Assembly (NCBI GenBank): GCA_052386995.1
Contig: JBQTJP010000286.1
Coordinates: 1 to 12,951 of the forward strand
Direction: 5' to 3'
Source: Armatimonadota bacterium
GTDB lineage: Bacteria > Sysuimicrobiota > Sysuimicrobiia > Sysuimicrobiales > Humicultoraceae
Length of the DNA stretch: 12,951 nucleotides
The position numbers were made by a program, and so were the translations under genes. The notes under the pieces are model-generated. The model was not told where the DNA came from and searched no databases. It saw only the letters and a list, made by a program, of their open reading frames with translations. Shown piece by piece: positions 7,222-12,951 of the stretch. The number at the start of each line of letters is the position of its first letter. Position 1 is the stretch's first letter.

Positions 7222-8841
7222 TCACCTTTCCGACCGGCGCTCGTCCTGCGCCAGAATCGCCCACATGGAGAGAGAAGAGAGTCCGAGTAACAACAGCGCC
7301 GGTGGAGCGGCACGCGTGAAGAATCCTTCGGTAGCCGCAGACCAGACCCGCGTCGCGAGCGTCTCAAACCCCGTCGGGCTCAACAGCAGCGTCGCCGGCA
7401 GCTCCTTCATGCAGGTAAGGAACACCAGGGCCGTGGCGGCAATCACACCCGGGCGAACGAGCGGCAGCGTCACGGCCCAGAGAACCTCGCGGGGGGTGCG
7501 GCCGAGTGTCTGGGCGGCTTCTTCATGGGCGGGGCTGACCTGGAGGAGCGCGGACCGGAGCGGACCAACCGCCTGGGGTAAAAAGTGCACGGCATACGCA
7601 AAGACAAGCAGGCCCACCGTCTGGTAGAACGCCGGCAGGTAACGGGCTGTGAAGAACACGAGGGCGAGCGCGATCACGAGCCCCGGGAGTGCATAGGCTG
7701 CATAGATCAGGCGAAGGGTCAGATTCGCGCCGGCCCCGCCATGGCGCGCTGAAAGGATGGCGATCGGAAGCGCTGCCAGGAGTGTCGCGCCGGCGCCCAG
7801 GGCCGAGGCGTAGAACGAGTTCACCAGAGGTCCCACCGGCAGGATCAGGGGCTGGCCATGGCGCAGGCCGACCACGAGCCAGTAGCCGATGACTGCGACC
7901 GGCAGGAGGACCCCCAGCGTCGTGATGACACCGCAGGAGATCAGCGCCGGGACCGTCCACGCGCCGAGCTGAACCTGGCGCGGCGGCTTGCCGCTTCCGG
8001 GCCCCACGCGGTGGTAGCGGAGCCGCCCATCGCGCCCCTCAATCAACAGAATGATGGTCGCCACGGCGACGAGCACGAGCGAGAGCACCGCAGCGTAGCT
8101 GCGGTTGAGCGATCCCTGATACTGGAGATAGATCGCCGTCGTGAAGGACTCGAATTGCATCATCGAGACGGCGCCGAAGTCGCTGAGCACGTAAAGCGCG
8201 ACGAGGAGCGCGCCCGCCCGGATCCACGGCCGTAGTAGCGGCAGCGTGACACGGCGGAACGTGGTCCACGCGCCCTGCCCCAGGCCGTGCGATGACTCTT
8301 CAAGGGAGGGGTCCAGCCCCCGGAGACCGGCACGCACGCTTAGCAGGACGTAGGGATACGTGAAGAGCACAAGTGTCAGCCAGGCGCCTGGGAAGCCGTA
8401 GATCTCGGGCACACGCCACAGCCCCCCCAGCGCGTTCAGTAGGTGCTGCAGCGTACCGGCAGGACCGAAGATCGTGGCGATGACCAGACCCCCGACATAC
8501 GAAGGGACGACCAGAGGCAGGGCGGTGAGCGCGCTCCACAGCCTGGCCCCAGGCAGATCGGTCCGGACAATCAGCCAGGCCAGCGGCACGGCCAGCACGA
8601 TTGTCCCTGCCGTGACCGCCGCCGCCAGGGTGAGCGTTCTGAGGAGCACCTGGAGCGTACGGGCCCGAATGAGCAGCGACCAGATCCCCTCGTCGGCGCC
8701 CAGCGCCCGGACGATCAGATACGCCACGGGCAAAAGCACTGCCCCCGTGACCAGCAGCGACGGCACCCACATGAAGAGTGGGAGGGGTCGGCCTCGACCC
8801 CTCCCATTCTCCGCCAAGCGTGAGGGGAAATCCGTGACCAT
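7222..8841 (-). CDS. fbpB: Fe3+ ABC transporter permease, FbpB-type (two fused TM modules)
   Basis: 539 aa, highly hydrophobic, two EAA-type loops (LEESSHGLG and HEEAAQTLG), LSDFGAV and MKELPATLLL motifs; sits between the binding protein and the ATPase. Confidence 0.9.
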   Translation of the reverse strand: MVTDFPSRLAENGRGRGRPLPLFMWVPSLLVTGAVLLPVAYLIVRALGADEGIWSLLIRARTLQVLLRTLTLAAAVTAGTIVLAVPLAWLIVRTDLPGARLWSALTALPLVVPSYVGGLVIATIFGPAGTLQHLLNALGGLWRVPEIYGFPGAWLTLVLFTYPYVLLSVRAGLRGLDPSLEESSHGLGQGAWTTFRRVTLPLLRPWIRAGALLVALYVLSDFGAVSMMQFESFTTAIYLQYQGSLNRSYAAVLSLVLVAVATIILLIEGRDGRLRYHRVGPGSGKPPRQVQLGAWTVPALISCGVITTLGVLLPVAVIGYWLVVGLRHGQPLILPVGPLVNSFYASALGAGATLLAALPIAILSARHGGAGANLTLRLIYAAYALPGLVIALALVFFTARYLPAFYQTVGLLVFAYAVHFLPQAVGPLRSALLQVSPAHEEAAQTLGRTPREVLWAVTLPLVRPGVIAATALVFLTCMKELPATLLLSPTGFETLATRVWSAATEGFFTRAAPPALLLLGLSSLSMWAILAQDERRSER

Positions 8842-8848
8842 GAACAGG

Positions 8849-9847
8849 TTAGAGGATGCCCACCTCCCGCAGCAGCCTCAAGGTTTCCTCAAGCGCTTGA
8901 AGGTGATTCAAGTCTACTCGGGGTGTCTGGATCTGCGTCAGCGGAATCAGCAGCGAGTGCGCCCGCAAGCCACTGATCAGGGGATACTCAAAGGTCTCGT
9001 TCGCGAAGTACTGCTGCGCATCTGGAGAAAGGAGAAACTCGACCAGGCGGAGCGCCGCCGGATTCGTGGAGGTCGTCACGATGCCTACCCCGGCGACATT
9101 GATGAGGTTTCCAGCATCTGAGTCCCTGAACATGTAGTTTCGGACCGGAAACCCTTCGCCGCGCTCCTTCAGAAATTCAAACACGTAATAGTGGTTGACG
9201 AAGCCCACGTCGATCTCGCCGGCGCCAAGCGCCGCGACGATCGCGGTGTTGTTGCGGTAGACGCGCGCCCCATTGGCTCTGATCCCGGCCAGCCATCGCC
9301 GCGTGCGTTCATTCCCCCACAACAGCCTCAGGGCTGTGACGTGGGCCTGAAACGAGCCGTTCGTGGGCGCCCACCCGATGCGGCCTCGCCACTTCGGATC
9401 GGTGAAATCCTGCAGCGAGCCCGGGAGGTCGCGGAGCGAGACCTTCCGCGTATTGTAAGCCACGACGCGTGCGCGCCCCGACACGCCGACCCACAAGCCG
9501 TCAGTCGAGCGGAACCGTGGCTCCACCTTCTGGAGAACGGTGTCGGGCAGACGGCGCAGACGTCCCGTGTAGGCCAGCGCGCCCAACGCTCCGGCGTCTT
9601 GCGCGAAGTACACGTCGGCGGGGCTGTTCGGACCTTCCTCCAGGATCGTGGCCGCCAACTCTGCTGTTTCTCCGTACCGCACCCGGACCTGAATGCTTGT
9701 GGCCTTCATGAACTGGTCGAGGAGCGGTCCGACAAGCTCCCGATTCCGACCGGAGTATACAGTTACGGAGGCAGGCTGTGCTCCGGCAGAAGTGGATAAA
9801 GAGATCAGAACGAGCAGCATTGCTGCGGCAACCCTTACTGGTCTCAT
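8849..9847 (-). CDS. fbpA: Fe3+ ABC transporter substrate-binding protein, FbpA/FutA-like
   Basis: Sec signal peptide (MRPVRVAAAMLLVLISLSTSAGA-Q), VYSGR, SPADVYFAQD, GRARVVAYN, tandem Tyr ligands NHYY (9185-9196) and ETFEYPL; GGGAGG ribosome-binding site upstream. Confidence 0.9.
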   Translation of the reverse strand: MRPVRVAAAMLLVLISLSTSAGAQPASVTVYSGRNRELVGPLLDQFMKATSIQVRVRYGETAELAATILEEGPNSPADVYFAQDAGALGALAYTGRLRRLPDTVLQKVEPRFRSTDGLWVGVSGRARVVAYNTRKVSLRDLPGSLQDFTDPKWRGRIGWAPTNGSFQAHVTALRLLWGNERTRRWLAGIRANGARVYRNNTAIVAALGAGEIDVGFVNHYYVFEFLKERGEGFPVRNYMFRDSDAGNLINVAGVGIVTTSTNPAALRLVEFLLSPDAQQYFANETFEYPLISGLRAHSLLIPLTQIQTPRVDLNHLQALEETLRLLREVGIL

Positions 9848-9908
9848 TCATCGCCCTCCCCGAGGCCGGCATGCCCATGCTATCTTCACCGCGGCTTGTG
9901 CTCGCGGC

Positions 9909-9927
9909 GTGGGTTAGGCTATCCTTA
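9909..9927. promoter_or_regulatory. DtxR/IdeR-type operator
   Basis: GTGGGTTAGGCTATCCTTA matches 16/19 positions of the consensus TWAGGTWAGSCTWACCTWA; located between the iron transporter and a DtxR-family gene. Confidence 0.8.
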
Positions 9928-9944
9928 TTCTTGACTTTCGTCAA
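9916..9944 (-). promoter_or_regulatory. Sigma70-like promoter for fbpA and downstream genes
   Basis: The minus strand reads TTGACG (9944-9939), a 17-nt spacer, then TAGCCT (9921-9916), in an AT-rich patch about 70 nt upstream of the fbpA start. Confidence 0.7.
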
Positions 9945-10042
9945 CCCATTAGACAGCGCCTGCGCCTGACCGGTTGAGCTCGGGTTCCAGAATTACGCGT
10001 CCTGTGGCCTCTTCTGACGCGAGTGGAGGCAGCCAACAATCG

Positions 10043-10474
10043 ATGTTGGATGACAAAATGCACACGGGAAGCGTTCTCGAACGCCACTTCCGCCGGCACC
10101 GCAAGCGGCTGACGCCACAGCGTACCCTGATATGCCGGCTGCTCGAGGGCAACTCCGAGCACCCCTCGGCCGAGGTCCTGCACCGGCGAGCGCAGGCCGT
10201 GATGCCAACGCTTTCGCTCCGCACGGTTTACGCGATCCTGCACGAACTCGTCGGCCTTCGTGCCGTGCAGCCCCTCGATGTAGGAACGGGAAGCACGCGC
10301 TACTGTCCTGACCCTCGGCGCCACAACCACGCGGTTTGCGGCCGGTGCGGACGGGTTTTCGACGTGGATGTCGCGATCGGGCCTATCGAAATTCCCCCTG
10401 ACCAGCGGCGGGGTTTCCGGGTCCAACAGGTCCAATTGATCTTTCTTGGCGTATGCCGTGAGTGCCGACGATGA
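10043..10474 (+). CDS. Fur family transcriptional regulator (PerR-like)
   Basis: RLTPQR, EHPSAE, SLRTVY, HNHAVCGRCGRVFD and a C-terminal CREC (two CxxC structural Zn motifs). GGAGG at 10025-10029; start ATG 10043 (alternative 10058). Confidence 0.9.
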   Translation: MLDDKMHTGSVLERHFRRHRKRLTPQRTLICRLLEGNSEHPSAEVLHRRAQAVMPTLSLRTVYAILHELVGLRAVQPLDVGTGSTRYCPDPRRHNHAVCGRCGRVFDVDVAIGPIEIPPDQRRGFRVQQVQLIFLGVCRECRR

Positions 10475-11151
10475 CGGTCCACGATATCGCAAAGACCGAA
10501 CGCATCGAGATGTATCTCAAAGCGGTCTATACGGTCTCGCAGGCCGCCCCGCCGGTGACAATCTCCAAAGTCGCCGACTACATGGGGGTGTCGCCGCCCT
10601 CGTCATACGAGATGCTCAAGCGCCTGGAGGCACACGGACTTCTGCGCTCCAGCCCCGAGCAGGGCTACGGCCTGACCGCAGATGGGCTGCGCACCGCACA
10701 ACGGGTCGTGCGCCGCCTGCGCCTGGCTGAACGGCTGCTCGCCGATGTTCTACGCCTTGATCTCGCGAGCGTGTACGACGAGGCCTGCAAGATGGAGCAC
10801 GTCATCAGCCTGCAAGTCGAGGAGCGGCTGGCCGAGCTTCTGGGCCATCCGACAACTTGCCCGCATGGGCTGCCGATCCCTGGCGAATCTGCGCAGGTGC
10901 CGGACCCGCTGCCCACCCTCGACGGAATGGGTGTGTGGGCGCGAGCGCGGGTCGCCGTGATTCCGGAGGAGGACCAGGCGGTCGTGGCGCACCTGGCTGG
11001 AATTGGCCTCACACCGGGTGCTGTCGTGGAGGTGAGGGAAGTCGGGCCGTTCGACGGCCCCATCACGGTCTTGATCGGGCATCAAATGCGGGCCCTGGGA
11101 CGCGACGTGGCGCGTCGCGTCAGGGTGCGCCCGGAACCAGAAGCCTCCTGA
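10471..11151 (+). CDS. DtxR/IdeR/MntR family metal-dependent repressor with C-terminal FeoA/SH3-like domain
   Basis: EMYLKAVY, HTH VADYMGVSPPSSYEMLKRL, RLAERLL, EACKMEH, PTTCPHGLPIP and FeoA-like GLTPG...PFDGPI. ATG overlaps the fur stop (ATGA 10471-10474). Confidence 0.92.
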   Translation: MTVHDIAKTERIEMYLKAVYTVSQAAPPVTISKVADYMGVSPPSSYEMLKRLEAHGLLRSSPEQGYGLTADGLRTAQRVVRRLRLAERLLADVLRLDLASVYDEACKMEHVISLQVEERLAELLGHPTTCPHGLPIPGESAQVPDPLPTLDGMGVWARARVAVIPEEDQAVVAHLAGIGLTPGAVVEVREVGPFDGPITVLIGHQMRALGRDVARRVRVRPEPEAS

Positions 11152-11163
11152 AGTGTTGGCGCG

Positions 11164-12183
11164 TTACCGGAAGAAACCGTCGCGGATGAGCCGCAACGTG
11201 CTCTCTCGAACGTCGCCGAGCTGCTGGTACGTGACCGCCATGCGCGCGAACTGGTTGAGCGGCCGGACCTCCGGATGTAGCGGCACTCCGGGCAGCAACG
11301 GATATTCGAAGTTGGCCTTCGCGTAGAGTTCCTGCGCCTTGGGATCCCCGGTCAGGAAGTCGACCAGGCGACGCGCGCCTCGCGGATTCGGCCCGCCGTG
11401 CACGACGCCGATTCCGGTCGGTAAGAAAAGCACGCCCATACCGTCTGATCCCTGATCCGGATAGATGATGCTGATGTTCCGGCTGCCTTCTGCCGCCCGC
11501 TGATGATAGTCGTAGTGATTCGCTATGCCGACCGCCGCCTCGCCGCGCGCGATCGCCTCACGGACCTCCGTTCCGCCGGCGACCAGCATCGGACGATTGG
11601 ACCGAAGGCGTTGGAAGAACAGCGCGGTCCACTGGTCGCCCCGAAGCAGCCGCAGCGCCGAGAGCCACACGATGATCTCCTCGTTCGTGAACACGGGCAT
11701 CACGATCCGGCCCTGCCAGCGCTCGTCCACCAAGTCGAGCATCGAGGCAGGCGGACTCAGCTTATTCCAGGCCAGCCGGTCGCGGCTCGCCAGCAACACG
11801 AGGGCACGGGCCGACAGCCCGATCCACGAGCCATCGAGCGCGCGGGATTCCGCCGGTAGGCGCCGCACAGCCACAGCTGGCTCCAGATAGGGCTCGAGCG
11901 CACCCTGACGCCGCATCACTTCCAGGATCGAGACCTCGTTGGAAATGATGACGTCGGCGCGGGGCTTGCTCCGCTCTTCATGCAGCAGATAGGAGAGTTC
12001 ACCGGACGAGCCGGTCCAGATGGTGACGCGCAAACCGGTTTGCTGGCGGAACCGGTCGATCACCGGGAGGATCAGAGGCTCACGCCGCGCGGAGTAGACA
12101 ACGATGCTGGCAGATTGTGACCGTGCCGGCATGGTGGCGCCCAGCGCAAGTGCGACCGCGACGGCGGCCATGATCGTCTTCAA
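11164..12183 (-). CDS. Extracellular solute-binding protein, Fe3+-binding (FbpA/FutA) family; orphan paralog
   Basis: Signal peptide MKTIMAAVAVALALGATMPARSQS, VYSAR, PRADV, WIGLSARA, NHYDY and ANFEYPL; TTG start with GGGAGG upstream; colinear with the protein at 8849-9847. Confidence 0.85.
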   Translation of the reverse strand: MKTIMAAVAVALALGATMPARSQSASIVVYSARREPLILPVIDRFRQQTGLRVTIWTGSSGELSYLLHEERSKPRADVIISNEVSILEVMRRQGALEPYLEPAVAVRRLPAESRALDGSWIGLSARALVLLASRDRLAWNKLSPPASMLDLVDERWQGRIVMPVFTNEEIIVWLSALRLLRGDQWTALFFQRLRSNRPMLVAGGTEVREAIARGEAAVGIANHYDYHQRAAEGSRNISIIYPDQGSDGMGVLFLPTGIGVVHGGPNPRGARRLVDFLTGDPKAQELYAKANFEYPLLPGVPLHPEVRPLNQFARMAVTYQQLGDVRESTLRLIRDGFFR

Positions 12184-12343
12184 GGCGACGAGCCTCCCGG
12201 CCCCTCAGATGGCGGTCGAGCAGTTCACCATATTCTACCGTGCCTGCGGGCCGAGAGGTTGCCTCGCGTAGCGCCCAGATGGCGTTCTCTCGTGTGAGAC
12301 CCCGGAGAGAACGGCCGGGCAAGATCAGATTGCGGTCCGGAGA

Positions 12344-12394
12344 GAGGGGGCGCCTGGGCGCGAACCGCGGCGCCAGATTGTGCGGCGCCCCCTC
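12344..12394. repeat. Perfect 11-bp GC-rich inverted repeat (possible terminator or stem-loop)
   Basis: GAGGGGGCGCC (12344-12354) and GGCGCCCCCTC (12384-12394), starting about 20 nt downstream of the stop at 12414; no clear U tract. Confidence 0.55.
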
Positions 12395-12413
12395 GGGGAT
12401 CTAACCGATCGGC

Positions 12414-12950
12414 CTACTGCTCACACGGCGGCAGCTCGATCGTGATGGCCGCGCCGAGGTCGACAAAATCCATGTTGGCCAGGTGCCTGCCGGATTCGTC
12501 GAACATTTCCATTCGGCGCGGGACCCCGCGGTCGGCGAGCACGTGCATGCGGGTCTTGTTGGTCCGTCCTCGTTCGGTCATGGCCATCTCGTAGACCTGC
12601 GTTCGCGCGCCCTCTACGGCTCCATCGGCGAGCTTCGTCACCGTGATGTCCGCCTGGGCCTGAGACTGCGATTGGGACCCGCCGCCACCGTCGGCGAGCT
12701 GCGTGCATTTCCACTTGCCCGGCTCCTCCCCTGCGGTCGCCGCCTGCGCCATGCGCGAGGCGGCCTGAGAGATCACATAACTCACCGCCATCCCCACGGG
12801 GTTGGTGATCCACCCGATGATGCCGCTGATGCCCCCGCCGAAGGCCTGATTGAACGCGGACCGCTGCATGTCGTACAACTGCTGGCCCCGCGGGAGGAGC
12901 GTCGTGCGCCTGCGCATGTCCCGTCCCACGATGACGACTTCCTGGATCGC
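12414..12950 (-). CDS. Hypothetical protein, C-terminal part (frame open to the window edge)
   Basis: Frame has no stop from 12950 (AIQEVVIVGRDM...) to TAG at 12414; GC3-rich codons; C-terminus PRRMEMF...MDFVDLGAAITIELP is loosely reminiscent of LolA/LppX-like beta-rich exported proteins. Confidence 0.65.
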   Translation of the reverse strand, partial: AIQEVVIVGRDMRRRTTLLPRGQQLYDMQRSAFNQAFGGGISGIIGWITNPVGMAVSYVISQAASRMAQAATAGEEPGKWKCTQLADGGGGSQSQSQAQADITVTKLADGAVEGARTQVYEMAMTERGRTNKTRMHVLADRGVPRRMEMFDESGRHLANMDFVDLGAAITIELPPCEQ

Positions 12951-12951
12951 A

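Noticed and set aside
6020..7627. 535-aa plus-strand ORF
   Set aside because: Antisense shadow of the ABC ATPase and permease genes, common in high-GC DNA; no recognisable motifs.
9974..10042. TTG start for the Fur gene at 9974, and ORFs 9941-10492 (-) and 9501-9944 (-)
   Set aside because: The extension is non-homologous and contains the GGAGG ribosome-binding site; the other ORFs overlap real genes and the promoter region.
12205..12394. CRISPR array or known riboswitch in the right intergenic region
   Set aside because: Repeats are only about 13 nt with irregular spacing and no cas genes; no SAM, cobalamin, TPP or yybP consensus recognised.

Overview
High-GC bacterial chromosomal window with no mobile element, RNA gene or CRISPR array evident. 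The left 9.85 kb is one tightly packed minus-strand gene run: Fe3+ ABC transporter (FbpA/B/C-like) > lipB > cystathionine gamma-lyase/synthase > CysO/MoaD-like ubiquitin-fold sulfur carrier fused in frame to cystathionine beta-synthase > ParB/Srx-fold protein resembling the free L-serine kinase SbnI > CysM-like cysteine synthase > Mec-like JAMM peptidase > CymR-like Rrf2 regulator (partial, absent from the ORF track). A sigma70-like promoter whose -10 is overlapped by a 16/19 DtxR/IdeR box precedes this run. Divergently transcribed are a Fur/PerR-like and a DtxR-like regulator, followed by a second orphan iron-type binding protein and a partial hypothetical protein. Best candidate for an undescribed system (inferred): a cysteine-biosynthesis module in which a free-serine kinase supplies O-phosphoserine to CysM, while the sulfur carrier is made as a Ubl-CBS polyprotein whose Gly-Gly end must be freed, probably by the co-encoded JAMM protease, all possibly under iron control. 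Family assignments come from motif recognition and remembered reference sequences, not from database searches.
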